Assembly: GCA_951406725.2 (NCBI GenBank)
Contig: OX597833.1
Location: 38,316,001-38,380,000, forward strand
Length of the DNA stretch: 64,000 nt
Reading direction: 5' to 3'
Source of the DNA: Octopus vulgaris
Taxonomy: Eukaryota
This document shows positions 12,587 to 26,400 of the stretch, piece by piece (positions within the stretch are counted from its first letter, which is position 1; each line of letters begins with the position of its first letter). Under the pieces are notes generated by a model, which searched no databases, had not been told where the DNA came from, and saw nothing but the letters and a program-made list of their open reading frames with translations. The position numbers were made by a program, and so were the translations under genes.

Positions 12587-13205
12587 GTGTGTGTGTGCTT
12601 GTACCATGTAAAAAGCACTAAGTCTACTCTGCTGAGTGGTTGGTGTTAGGAAGGGCATCCAGCTGTAAAAATTCTGCCAAAATAGTTATGGAAGTCTGGT
12701 GCAGGCTTCTACTTGGCTGGTTCCTGTCAAACTATCCCACCCATACCAGCATGGAAGGCCGACTTTAAGCAATGATGATGATGATGTGATGTTTTCTATT
12801 GTTTCAGTTTCTGTCTATCAAATCCACTTACAAGGTGTTGGTCTTCTCAGAACTATTGTAGAGGACAGACACTTGCCCAAGGTACCTCACAGGGGGACCA
12901 AACCAGAAACTTTTCAGCCATACCTATCATAGTGATGCTAAACCTATCATATATAGGATCATGTACATGTATATATATGCATTACTGATGTAAATTGTAA
13001 CCATAACTCTCAACTTTCCATTTCATATTTATTCCAATAGGATTTGGCGTCAAGAAATGTTCACCTATTCTTACTCATATATTAAACCTTTAATGGTCAC
13101 ATTTTTTGATGAAGTAAAATGCTCATGTGCTTGATTCACTTTTGAAAATAATCAAGAATTTAAAGCAATTTAAGAAAATATCCAATTTTTTTATGAATGT
13201 TCACG

Positions 13206-13385
13206 TTAATCCTTTTCATATCAACCCACCCAAAACTGCCTCTGGTTCTTTGATACAAACTTTGTTTTAAACTGATCAAAATTAAAACCTCTGTAATAGT
13301 GATGAACTTATTTTAACAAATTCTTTGTCATTTTCAAAATGATTTGAAACAAAAGCAAACAGAAATAAAGTAACAAATGGGTTAA
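13206..13385. mobile_element. piggyBac-like MITE (TTAA-flanked)
   Basis: TTAATCCTTTTCATATC...GTAACAAATGGGTTAA. Related sequence at ~14850-15080. Confidence 0.5.
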
Positions 13386-13399
13386 GCTAACGTTTGGAA

Positions 13400-13586
13400 A
13401 GGTGTTTCTCAACTGGGGTCCGACTCTTGGTGGTCTCGTAAGACTTTTTAAAAATTTGTGCAATAAACTGGTTATACTTCTGTAATACTCAAAATATTTT
13501 AAACATTGAAATGGCTATGTGAGTCCAACCAAGCAAAATAGGAGTCAAAAGGGGTCCATAGGTAAAGACAATGTTGAGAACCACTG
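13400..13586. mobile_element. hAT-type MITE, degenerate copy
   Basis: GTGTTTCTCAAC...GTTGAGAACCACTG termini. Imperfect 8-bp flanks GTTTGGAA/GCTTAGAA. Homologous to 44552-44883. Confidence 0.7.
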
Positions 13587-15918
13587 GCTTAGAACTGAAT
13601 CTTAATGGAAACATTTTTGCTTGTATGTTATTAGATCAGGTTTTTCATTTTATGTGAAGTGTAAAGCGGACAATTTTTGCAGTATACAACTAGATGCAGT
13701 CTCGGATTGATTTGTATCAAAGGAGTTAAATAATCAAAAGTCTATCTACATACACTGCCTATGTGTATAGGTGGTGTATACACACATATATTTTTGTTTA
13801 GCTAATGTTATCTATCTCAGTTGCTAACATGATGAGATGGTAGTAGAAGTGAGAATGAGAAACTTTGTTAGTTACCAAAAATTTTCAGTGAAAAATGTCA
13901 AACTGAACCAATATCCAATTTATTATCATCTAATCAATATTAAGGTGCATTCTCTGTTTTGACAGTTGGTCTCACCACCACTTTTTCTTACACTTGGTTC
14001 CCCCTCGCCCGCTTTCCTTTCCTTCCATTTACATTTTAATTTCTTCAATTTCTTCTGCCTTTTTTCCTTCTTTTTCGTTTTCTGTTTTCATTTCATTCCC
14101 ATTTCTTCTCTTTACGCTTTCCTTTATTTCTTTCATTCCTTCTTTCTTCAGTTCTTTCTGTTTTCATTTTACTTTCTTTGTCTATTTCTCTTTTGCTCCT
14201 CCTTCACTTTCCTAAAACATTGTCTAGTGTTCTTGACCTTTCTAAAACATAGTTAATGAAACGAAACTAGTATCAAGAACAGGAGGTCATGGAGGGAGCA
14301 ACTTCATAGACAAGATAAATAATTAAGAAAAATACCTGACAAGAACAATAAAAATGCAATATATTTGTGTAACTTTCTAATGTCAATTGAGAAATAACCT
14401 GCTGTATGTATTAATACTTTTGTGTGAAATTTTGGTAAAGTGGATAATGATACCAATCGATCGACTTATTGATTTATTTCAAATTTGACCGGTTGTCGAA
14501 TGTTCAGGTTGTGTCCCTGTCTTCATCATCACTGTATATTATGTAGATTTAGTGGAAGAATGTTCTACAAAACAGTATATGTTGTTTCTTTAGATGATGA
14601 ATTAGTGAAGTTGAATATGAGAGAGAGAAAAAAGATGGAAGATGTCTTAAACATGTACATTAACACATCTACCTATCTAGTAAATTCAGTGTATTTTTAT
14701 TATCCCATCCTTTCCCCCGAACTTATACAGACAGATAGATAAATATTTTATTAGATTTTTTTTTTCTCAAAGATATTCTACTTTTAGCTGGGAGTTTAGC
14801 TTCATTTACTGTCAGTTTGATAATGGAGGAGGAAATTAGAAACTTAGTTGGTTATTTTGATACCAGCCCACCCAGGATCAGCTCTGGTTGTGAGATAGGA
14901 AAATATCTTGTTTTGAATTGTTTATATTTAAATAGAAAACAAAATTATAATTTCATGGTAGATACCTTCTGTTAAGATTTGCTTAATATCGACAAAATTG
15001 CTGTAAATTGTTATTTTTGGAATTTAGTTGGAATGCTTACACAGAAAATTTCATTACAAAATCTTGTCAGAAGAAGGTTAAATTTCGGTGGAAAATGTTT
15101 TCAATTTCAAACTTTTATATTATTCAGTTTTATCATTGTGACAATGTATTCCATGAGAATTAAGATGTTTGATATAAAATGCTGTCTGATGTTGTTGTAT
15201 AACTATATAATTGATTGTAATTTTAAAAAATACAAAAAGCAGAACAAACACACCAAACAGTCCCAAAACGCTAGTTAAAAGTGAATTGTAAATGAGTTGA
15301 AATTCACACACAAACACACACATTTTTGAAGACAGGTATGCAAACAAATGTTTTTTTCTATTTTTTTTCTTTGTATTCTGGTTACTAAAAAAATATACTA
15401 CATAAAGATAAGCATATTTTATTTAAACTGTGGTATTATTAATAAAATACTTCATTTGTATCTCATTCATTATGCTATTCTCCCCACTCTTCCAATCAGC
15501 TCTCTATCTGTTTCCTTTTGCCATTTTAAGTGATTTTTGAATTGTTGATGACAATTCTCTATTATGGGAAATTCTTTGATTTGCACTTTCATTTTATATC
15601 TGGCAACCTTTTGAATTAGAAAAGTGAGAAAAATGTGGGGAAAAAATGTAATAGAAATCTTTTAGGGGTTTTAAAAGGTAAATTATTTTTAGCTATAGCC
15701 TATTTTCATTTCAATTTCAAACTTACAATAAAACTTTGTATATGTTTCATTAAAAACATTGTAATAAAAGAACACCCTTTCCTACACTGACTATTTGAAT
15801 GGAATAGGGAAGCTTCCTGTATGGTTAGGTATACAACCACACACAGCAAACATAAGGTATAACTGTTAATAAGGTTATTTCTATGTATGTATCTTTAAGG
15901 GATTTCAGTGTGTGTGGT

Positions 15919-16284
15919 TATCTTTTACTTGTTTCAGTGATTAGCCTGTGGCGATGCTGGGGCACTGCCTTGAAGAACCTTTAGTCAAATGAATCAACCC
16001 TAGTACGTTTTTTTTTAAAGCTTGGTACTTATTCTATTGATCGCTTTTGCTAAACTGCTAAGTTACAAAGACATAAACACATGGTGATGTGGGACAGATG
16101 CGCACGCGCGCGCGCACACACACACATGACAAGCTTTTTTCAATTTCCATCTACCAAATCTCCCCCACATAGTTTTGGTCAGCCCAAATCTATAGTAGAA
16201 GACACTTGCCCAAGGTACCACACAGTGGGACTGAACCCTGAACCGTGTGGTTGGGAAGCAAGCTTCTTACCACACAGCTGCACC
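15919..16284 (-). mobile_element. tRNA-derived SINE family A
   Basis: Reverse complement of the 50013-50412 consensus, with an internal (GC/CA)n tract. Confidence 0.8.
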
Positions 16285-17144
16285 TGTTCCTTATGTGTAT
16301 GCATGCACATAATATACATAGTCTGTACAAGATGTGTCAGAAAAGAAAAGCTGAAATTTAAAAAAAAATACTTAGCATAAGAGGAATCAAAGGTAGTATG
16401 CAAGAGAGAAGACTACACTGATATGGACATGTAATAGAGGATGCTAGCTGGGTAAGGACACACCAAACAGGTGGAAGGAAACTGTGGAAGATAAAAACTG
16501 AGGAAAAAGTAATGAAAGCTGACGTCAGGAGACAAAACTTCATGAAGGTGATGTCAGTGAACTGTTTACGAGTGGTGAGATGCTATGATGAAGCAGACTC
16601 ATACAACCCATGTAAGCATGAAGATACAGAAGTAAAAAGAACTTTAAAAATTATCACACACACACCTGTTTATAACTACTGACATTCATCATTATTTACA
16701 AAGCAATATTAAATTCTGTAGCTAAGTGATTGTATGCAAGTGTATGTGTGCAATGTGTTTAAATTAGCTGCTTTTTACATTTATATATATATTTCTTTTA
16801 TTATTTTTTATGTCTGACAAGTAATCTTTACTAAAAACACTCCCCAATATACCAGTCATTATTTCTTTTTTGATTAAAGAATGTAATTATTATTTATCAT
16901 GTAATGCAGCTCTTATATATATGTGTGTAAAAGTCTATAATTTGGTAATACTAATAATAATCCTTTTTACTATAGGCACAAGACCTATAATTTTGGTGGG
17001 AGAGGACTAGTCACTTACATTGACCTAGTAATAATAATAATAATGATGATGATGATAACAATAATAGTAATAATAAAAATAATAATAATTTCAGACATTT
17101 GTAGAAGGTAACAAATTAAACGTTGGAGTGAATTCACTTGACAT

Positions 17145-17189
<45 letters not shown>

Positions 17190-18011
17190 TCCATTTCACA
17201 CTGTACTGGGTTGTCCTTGGTGAGTTCGACTAGTATATAAATTTTTCTGAGAAACTCTTTCTTGCCCCACATTCAATCTTCATTTTTGGAGAAAGGGACT
17301 TTGTGAGTGGTCTCCTGTAGTTGCTCTCATGGCACAATATAGCAAATTCACTGAGAGAGTGAGAGAAAGAGAGATCAACCTCTTTACTATTGACTTTGAA
17401 GGGATGGAAGGCAAATTTGACCATGCCAGGATTTGAACTCAGTGGGTAGAGCCAGAACCAAAACTTTCAGGCATTCTACCCGACACTGGAACAACTCACC
17501 TACCAATTTGCTTAAATATACAAAAAAAAAACAAACAAACACACACACACACACACAGGGTGGGCCAAAAGTCAAGCACAAAATAAGTTCAGTACGCTCT
17601 GGAATTGTCAAAAACATGCTTCAATTTTTCTAAAATTGAATAAAATAAATAAAATTATGAGGAATACACACATACTTGTACTTGATGAACAAACTGAATA
17701 ATAATAATAACAATAATAATTCTTTTTACTATTGGCACAAGGCCTGATATTCTGGGGGAGGGTTAAGTTGATTACATCAACCTTAGTGCTATACTGGTAC
17801 TTATTTCATTGAACCTGAAAGGATGAAAGGTAAAGTTGTCCAGAATTTGAACTCAGTGTGTAGTGATGGGTGAAATACCACTAAGCTTTTTGCCCAGCAT
17901 GCTAACAATTCTGCCATCCTGCTGTCATGATGATGATGATAATGTAATATAAATTAAATGTCAAATGCTTTGATTCATGGCTTTTGGCCCACCCTCTGTG
18001 TATGTATGTAA

Positions 18012-18046
<35 letters not shown>

Positions 18047-18441
18047 AAAGTAAAAAAAATATACAAACTGGGACAAGAACGTGAACTTCGAAAGTCAAGA
18101 ACCGGATCATCTTCGCAATTTCGGCTGATTAATCTTGATTATCTATATATATATATATATATATATATATAGATATATGCAACAGATTTTCTCATTTTGA
18201 ATTGCATCTAACGCTCAAAATTTGAAAAGCCTTAGTGAAATCAGTTATTATGTTAGAGGGCAAAAATCTTATTTTGTGTAATATTGTATAATACTTTTGC
18301 TATGATAATTCTAATATATTCTTTAGCCTAGTAAAACAAATCTGTGTTTTCTTCATCTTATTTCTTTGTATATATATATAAAATTTGCCTATATACTTGA
18401 GAGTGAGTGAGAGGTTTGGTGAAAGAACCCCCCACAAAGGA

Positions 18442-18500
<59 letters not shown>

Positions 18501-20619
18501 CATATATATACACATACATACATATATATATATATACACATACATACATACATACATACAAACACACACACACATATCAGTTATTTATTGAATATTTATT
18601 CCTTGTGAGAACAAAAAGCAAAATCAACCCTGATACGATTTGAAACCAAATCATAAAAAGATATAACTCAATATGGCAAAATATTTAATACATATGATTA
18701 AGAATAAAATACTTGCTTTTCTGCCAGAGAAATTCCTACCCTGCTTACCTGCGAATCAAAATTACATATAAAATCTGATGGTATTGTACAAAATTTATTT
18801 CTAACCAAAGAAATGGAGGAGGAGTAAGCTTATGAAACTGGAAGGAAAATTTACTATTTTGTCTCCCCCTCCCCATTGTTGATCTCAATTTTCTGAATTT
18901 TTTGACTACTACTACTACTACTCACTTAAAAAAAAAAAATTGTAATTTTAGTATCTGACTTCATGGTTTATTCTATTTTATTTATTTTCTTTAAAAGAAA
19001 TGGATTTGAAGAAAGAATATTTTAATTTTTTTGTTTGAAATGGGTAGGAGAATGGGAGAATGCTGTGTTTTTAAAAATAATTGCAATGTCGAAGAGAAAT
19101 AACAATAATATTTATAATAATGGTAATAATTAGTTAGTGAAGTGTTGAATAATAATCACAGTGATTTTTAAAGCTACTGCTGAGATAATTTCAATAAATT
19201 TATGTCGCTATTCAAACTGCTGGCTTGAGAGAGAGGTGATGCTGGTGCAGACAAGAGAGAAGTGAATCTTGTATTTCAGGGTATTTTATTTGAGAGCTTG
19301 TATTATTTCGCAAGTTCAAATTCTGCGTAGGTTGACTTCGTTTTTTTTTTTTTTTTATTATTGATATAGGATTAATTATAAAGATAACTATTACTTTCGA
19401 AAGATTGAATTAAATGACTATGATTTTTCTAAAGTAGAAACAATATTATTATTATTATTGTTGTTATTATTAAGGTAGTGAGCTGGCAGCATCGTTAGCA
19501 CATTGAATGAAATGCTTAGCAACATTTCTCCCAGCTCTTTATATTCTGAGTTCAAATTCCACTGAAGTTACCTTGCTTTTCATCATTTCACAGTTGATAG
19601 TATACGTACAAGTTGAGCAATGGGATTGATGTAATCAACTAACCCCCTTCCCTCAAAATCTCTGGCTTTGAGCCTATAATAGAAAGTATTATTATTATTT
19701 TTAAGGTGATAAGTGGGTAGAAACATTAGTATTCTGAAGAGAATGCTTTGTGGAATATTTTCTGGCTTAATGTTCTGTGTTCAAATGCTACCAGTTGAGC
19801 ACCAGGCTTGATGTTAACAACTAACCTCCCCTCTCACACCACCACCACCACTAAAAAAAAAAATTGCTAGCCTTGTGTCAAAATTAGAAACCATGATTAT
19901 TATAATTATCTTTATTATTTGTCTTTTCATACTTACATGGTCAGTAGAACAAGTATTGGGAAGGCAGGGAAGCATCAAGTTTGACTTTACTCTTTCCCAC
20001 TAAAATTTGTCATTATTATATATCCCCAGGTCAGCACTGATAGAGCAGAGCTATGATCAAAGACATCCCTACCATGACCTTTACAGTTTCATTTCAAATA
20101 TTGTATCTCCCTTTATTTTTGCTAAGAATATGATAGTGTTTTTTTTTTTTGCATGCGTCTGTTTTTTTTTTATAGAAAGATTTGACTGCTATTTCTAGCA
20201 CTTTGTGTGACCACATAGATGCCATTTACTAGCTAAAAACAAGATTCTCGTTTTTGGTATCAGTTGGATGGATCTGCAATATAACAGCTTCCAATGCATT
20301 GAAATTCTGCGTCATCACTCTGGCATGGCCTACCTCTTTACAAAAGCTGGTGTTGTGCTGAGTTGAAGCAAAATCATTATTCAAGATGGTTGCCTACTAG
20401 ACCTGATGTCATGATTATTAGCTCCCACACTTCCTAGTATATGTAATATATATAAAGCCAAGTTTCAACTGGCTAGCTAGGTAGGTAGCTAAAACTGACT
20501 AACCGATCAAAATTTCTCTGCTAATATGGCCATTAGCTATGTTTTATATAGATTAATTTTAGTTGTATTGATTTTCATTTTTTTCCTTATTTTGTTCATA
20601 AAAACCTCAAATTATGTAT

Positions 20620-20990
20620 TAGACCTCATTTGACTAACAAGTCTGGCTTTGGATAAACAAATCCCTGCTGCAGATTTTACAAACATTTTCAGACAGAAAA
20701 GTATCTGAGATTGAAATTAAGACCTGTTTATGAAGTGCTTATTTTAAGTGGGATTGTAGAACACTACTTTCCAAACCAATTGATCTTCCATCAACCTCTC
20801 TGTCTTCAACACTTACATTAAGAACCTTAAAGTTGCTTTTGATGGCAACCCTAAAACGTTTCTTTGGTTTATGACTTGGATGTTTACTATGTTGCAACTC
20901 GCTGTAAAACAACTGCTTAGGTAACCTGTCATCCTGCATTCTAGTCATCCCAGTTCAACACATATGATTGTGTATGAGGAACATTTCAGT
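20620..20990 (-). pseudogene. RTE/BovB-type LINE ORF C-terminal fragment
   Basis: RMQDDRLPKQLFYSEL...KPKKRF, followed by a degenerate terminal CKIC...LVSQMR finger. Confidence 0.8.
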
Positions 20991-21014
20991 ACTGTGTGTG
21001 TGTGTGTGTGTACA

Positions 21015-21400
21015 GATGCAGACGTGGTTGTGTGATAAGAAGTTAGCTTTCCAAATTCATGGTTCTGGGTTTAGTCCTATAGTATGGCACCTTGGACAAG
21101 TGTCTTCTATAGCCCCTGGCTGAACCAAAGCCTTGACATGATTTGTTAGATGCAAACTGAAAGAAACTCATGTGTATGTGTGTGCATATTTGTGTGTTTG
21201 TGTTTGTCCCTCCACCAACAGTTGACTACTGGTATTAGTTTGTTTACATCCCCATAAGTTAACGGTTTGGCATACAAGACTGATAGAGTAAGTACCAGGC
21301 TTAAAAAAAAATAAGTAATGGAGTTGCTCTATTCAACTAATCCCTGACAAGACATTGCCTGGGCCTGAATGCAATGACTGAAACAAATAAAAGATAAAAG
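21015..21400 (+). mobile_element. tRNA-derived SINE family A
   Basis: GGTTCTGGGTTTAGTCC, CACCTTGGACAAGTGTCTTCTA, internal (TG)n and 3' GACTGAAACAAATAAAAG. Confidence 0.8.
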
Positions 21401-21461
21401 ATATTCATTAAAGCGACTATACCTGTGCAGATTTATGTACATTGAATCTATGAGGTCAATA

Positions 21462-21671
21462 CAGTAATCCCTCGACTATTTCAAGTGTTACATTCGAAGA
21501 CCCCACCGCAATAGATGAAAATCCGCAAAGTAGAAACAGTCCTGTACTGCGTATTTTCTAAAATCATTTTTATAATTTGTATATATTTATTTTACTATAG
21601 ATGTAAAACACCACCACGGAGGAATCGACGTAAGCTTAAATAATAAACTGCGATATGGCGAAGGATTACTG
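21462..21671. mobile_element. Tigger/pogo-like MITE, TA TSD
   Basis: TA|CAGTAATCCCTCG...CGAAGGATTACTG|TA. An inverted copy lies at 56801-57022. Confidence 0.85.
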
Positions 21672-21875
21672 TATATTGTTAATCTATTCATTTAAAATAT
21701 ATAAGTATATTTATAGTGGTAGTATTCTTTAACAAGTTGCAAGTCAGTGACCTCTGTGATTATTTAAAGAGAGGGATGAAAGCTCAAATACAAGTGTATC
21801 TTTGTTTCATTTGAGAATGTAAATTGGTGCCTTAAGCCCTTTTTAGGCATAACTGATTTATAGGGATAACATAAT

Positions 21876-22214
21876 GTTAAAGAAACTAATAGTTACCTAT
21901 ATTATTGTTTAATGACATTTGTGTGCAATGGGAAGGATATAATTTTTATGTTTCAAGACAAACTTACTGCCTGAAAGGAAATAAGTTTTTTCTTAAAGGA
22001 CCCTACATGAAACACCATTCTTGAAATTCATGAATTTGAATGAGTTTGTGTACTATATGGAGGAGATGATATTGATGTTTCATGTCAGGTCCTTTAAGAA
22101 AAAGCTTATTTCCTTTCAGGCAGTAAGTTTGTCTTGAAACATAAAAATTATATCCTTCCCATAGTACACAAATGTCATTAAACAATAATATAGGTAACTA
22201 TTAGTTTCTTTAAC
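21876..22214. repeat. Near-perfect 127-bp inverted repeat
   Basis: 21876-22002 is the reverse complement of 22088-22214 with 3 mismatches by eye. The spacer is 85 bp. Confidence 0.92.
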
Positions 22215-22424
22215 TCTTTAGCATTCACAGTATTCTGTCAAATATAATGTTTATATAAACAAATTGTTCTAAATTAATCATTGTAGCATTGCAATTTCGA
22301 TGATGTGATTGTTTATTCTTAGAATGTCATTCTGTGGTAGGTTTGTTAGGCCAGATCAGGACAGTTTGAATATAAAATAGGTAGAATATTTGGGCTGGAT
22401 ATGGCTGGTTTAAATGCTAAAGGG
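22214..22424. mobile_element. piggyBac-like MITE with TTAA TSD
   Basis: TTAA|CTCTTTAGCATT...AATGCTAAAGGG|TTAA. Related copies at ~29717-29941 and partial ones at ~25265-25380 and ~60652-60760. Confidence 0.8.
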
Positions 22425-22899
22425 TTAATATTTTTATTTATAGTTTGAGATTATATCAATAGTAGTCGAAGTTTGAGGGAGAAAGAGGATGAGGTTCAAA
22501 TCTTTGCATTTTGGTGTGTAAGGAAGCATTGGTAGTCTCAGCTGTAGGAAGGATTGGTAGTAGTAGAAGTGATGGGGGGAAATTTTCACATTTTGGTCAG
22601 TGTCACTAATTTTTTCTTCACACGAAACATACTATCTGATGTTTTATTTTTCAGTCTTGTCCCTCAATTCAGTCCCTTCTACCACTTATATTATGGCCTT
22701 CAAACTTCAAGGGTATGCCTTGGCACTTGCCACCAGCTATATTTCTCTCTTCCTTTACTCAACCATCTTATTGATATTCTGATACCTGTCTCTTACGAGT
22801 ATGCTTGGCACTTTACCACCATTTCTATCCTACTATCTCCCTCCATCTCTCTCTCTCCCCCCTCTCTCCCTCTCTCTCTTTCTGCACTTTCCTTAGGTT

Positions 22900-23403
22900 G
22901 GGTAACCATGTATCACCTTTGCGGCAGCACACCTGTGTCTGTCTTCATTCCTGGTCTCTCTCCGGCCAGGTAACCTTGTACCTCCTCTAAAGCAAGACAC
23001 CTGTTTCTGTCTCTCTGTCTCACTATAACCTTCCGTCATCTGACACAAGATCACCTCCTCCAATGCCCCCTTTCCTCTCAAAAGATTTTTGTTTTGCAAG
23101 TTACTTGATGACCCTGTCAGTACAGGTGCCACTTAAAAAGCATCCAGTTGACACTGTAATTGGTTGGCATTTCGAAAGGCATACAGCTGTAAAAACCTTG
23201 CCAAAACTGAGCTTGCCTGTGCTTGTGCCACATAAAAAGCACTAAGTCCACTTTACTGAGTGGTAGGTGTTAGGAAGGGCATCTAGCTGTAAAAATCCTG
23301 CCAAAACAGTCACAGAAGCTTGGTGCAGGCTTCTGCCTGGCTGGTTTCTGTCAAACTGTCCCATCCATGCCAGCAAGGAAGGCAGACATTAAATGATAAT
23401 GAT
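22900..23403 (+). mobile_element. RTE-tail-type repeat with extended 5' part
   Basis: GTGCCAC(T/A)TAAAAAGCA units, TAGGAAGGGCATCTAGCTGTAAAA and a CATTAAATGATAATGAT tail. Similar copies at ~6570-6800(-), 12600-12790, 26430-26640(-) and 54730-54940. Confidence 0.6.
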
Positions 23404-26400
23404 TATATATATAAAGTGGTTATTTATTTTGTTGAGTCCCAATAGGAATAAAATGCATAGTCAACCTTGGCTGGTTTTGAAACCAGAGATATTATTCAAT
23501 AATGCAAAAACATCTTCCCAACACCCATCCCTCCATCACTCTTCTCACTATGGCACTACTTACTCAAGTGCTGTATTTATATGCTCCATTTCTGTGCTGT
23601 CAGAGTGGAAACAAGTGACACTGCTTGCATGTGACAGTAACACTCGTTTACAACTATCATGCAATGTTGAGAGGGGGAAAGACACACACACAAAAGCTGC
23701 TTTCAGTTTCAGTTTCCTTTTACCAAATCCATTTGTAGGACTTTGGTCAACCCATGGATATAGTAGAAGATACATGCTCAAGGTGTCACACAGTGGGACT
23801 GAATCTAGAAGCATGTGGTTTGGAAGTAAACTTCTTACTACACAGCCATGTATTCTTATAAATAATTAATTTTGTTTCATGAAACCAATCTTTGCCAATG
23901 CATACACTCACATAGAAAACAAGAGGATTGTTTCCTACAATTCAAACGACAACACTACACCTATCTCTTTTCTTCATAATCAAACAAAAAGTAAAAGTCC
24001 TGCAAAAATTCTTAACTCCTCACCACAAGTGAACTTATCAAACTCTATGAACATTTTTTTCTATGGTTAGTACTAGAAAGAGGATTTTATTGTTTGAAGA
24101 ACAAACACATCACACACAAAGTAAATAAATATATAAATGAAAGTAATGTTGAATTATCCATTGCTTTTGTTGTTGTTGGTGGTGATGATGATGATGATGG
24201 TGATTGAAATGGCAACATTGAAGGTTGTTGGTGAGAGCATATAACAACAATGATGACATGTGAGAAATAATGTTGCTCTCCTTCTTCTGTTCTTTGATTT
24301 GTTGTTATAAAAGCTTTATTGGCTGTTTTTCAATTGATTGATGCTATAGTTATGTTTGTCTTTTTGTCTACCAACACATGATTCTGAGTCTGTTACATTA
24401 TACACAAGTAGTTTAAAGTTGTTTGTACATTTGTCTATCTCGTAATTTGAAACACTGCTGATCAAGTATACCCATGGACATGCTATATATTGTCTTTTTC
24501 AATAGTGAAGTTGCTCTTTCTTTTACTTAAAGAGCCACAAATTTATCATGAATTTTAGAGGATGATGGTTACAGTTTTCATCAGCCAATTTTATCTCCAG
24601 AGCAATATTTAACTTAACTATATCTCCATACTGCAAAAGTTGAAAAAAAAAAAGAAAAAAATTACAAGCTATAAGTGATCAATAAGATCAATATATTCCT
24701 AAGGCACTAACAAAACATCTTGGTAAACTATGTGAAGGTGCTGAGACGTACTTTTTGTGCTTATCTTTTCAAAATATTTGAGTTGAAATTGCACTTTTAG
24801 TGTTGAAGAATCTTTGACAATGGGATATGCAGTAGTTGGCCAAATGAAATAACTATGATCCACAGATCCAAGGCACTGATTATCCTATATGGGAAAATTT
24901 CTGGCTTGATCTAGCAAGTGCAGCCAAGTCTTCCTCAGATATCACTCTACTATCTGAACAGAGTATAACAGAATAGCTAATTCCTAGATTTAATAAATTA
25001 GCAAAGGTGGTGATAGGTATGAGGTATGACTGGAATGTTGATGAGGTGATAATGCTAGTTATAGAAAACAATAATTGTATATAGAACAAAAGTGGCTATG
25101 AGGTTAAGAAGTTTGCTTTGGAACCATGTGCTTCTGAGTTAAATCCAACTATGTTGCAACTTGGCCAAGTTTTTTCTCCATCCATCCATCTACACAATGG
25201 GACTGAACCTGTAAACTTGAGATTGGGAAGCTAACTTCTTAACCACACAGCCACATGTGTGCTTTAGTCCTTTAGCATTCAGATTTCTCTGTCAGATGTA
25301 TAGCTTATTTATTTACTTTGTTTTGAATTAATCATGTATTAGCTCATAACTTAGAGATTTCAATGATATGATTGTATATTGTAACATAGCAGTTTGGCAG
25401 AAGAGATTGATAGGAAAAAAAAAAAGTACTGGTGTTGATTCATTTCACTAAAAAATTCTCTGAGGCAGTGCCATAGCATTGCCGCAGTCTAAGGACTGAA
25501 ACAAGTAAAAATATAATAATTAAAAAAAAAGGATATAGTTGACTCAGGAATAGATAAAACTTGAGATGCTAGGCTATTTACTTTAGAATAGCTATTGTGT
25601 TGTACAGTATCTGGTTATGGTTTGCAAATAATAATGAATAATAAATAAAATGGAATAACTACCACTCCCATCTTATGGTTGGGTGGCTAACTGTGAAAGA
25701 AACTGAAAATTTGTCAAAAGACCTTTCTAACTGTTGTGATTTGTATAAGTGACTGTAAACTACCTATAAAATATTAAATAAATAATAATAAAAAAACTGC
25801 TTTTAATTAATAAAACTATCCAAGCAGTTAAAATACCAATGAAGTCTAGGTAGAATCCACTATAAAATATTTTGGTTTTATTTACTTCATATCACATTAT
25901 GTAAACAATAGGATCGTTAATTGCAGATCTTCAGTGGACTAATCACTGGTTCACTTCATTTAAGATGGCTAAAGTGACAAGGGAGCGACTTTGCAACTCA
26001 GTGCTGAACAAATACTGCAAGGTATTTTTGTTTGAAACCCTTTGCTTTCTTGCCAATAAATATTAACAAGAGAGAGAGAGAGAGAGAGAGAGACATGCAC
26101 ACACATGGCGGTTTTTCACACATTTTCTATCTACCAAATAACATGGTAAAAGAAAACTGCTTAAGGTGCAGCTGAGTGAGATTGGACCCAGAACCAGGTG
26201 GTTGTGATGTGAACTCCTAAAGCCATATAGACATTCTGCTTTACTATAATGGTTGTTGATAATGTCACAAGGAGTAATGCAATTTTAACTTTATATCCAC
26301 ATTTAAAATCAGATAACAGTACGTCTTATCACATTTTATAAAAGATTAGTGCAACGAAAACTGAAAACAAAACAAAAAATAAATCAAAATCTCTTGTTAT

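Noticed and set aside
13966-14256. Phe/Ser/Leu-rich membrane-like ORFs (also 301-522, 33918-34114)
   Set aside because: Low-complexity polypyrimidine tracts.
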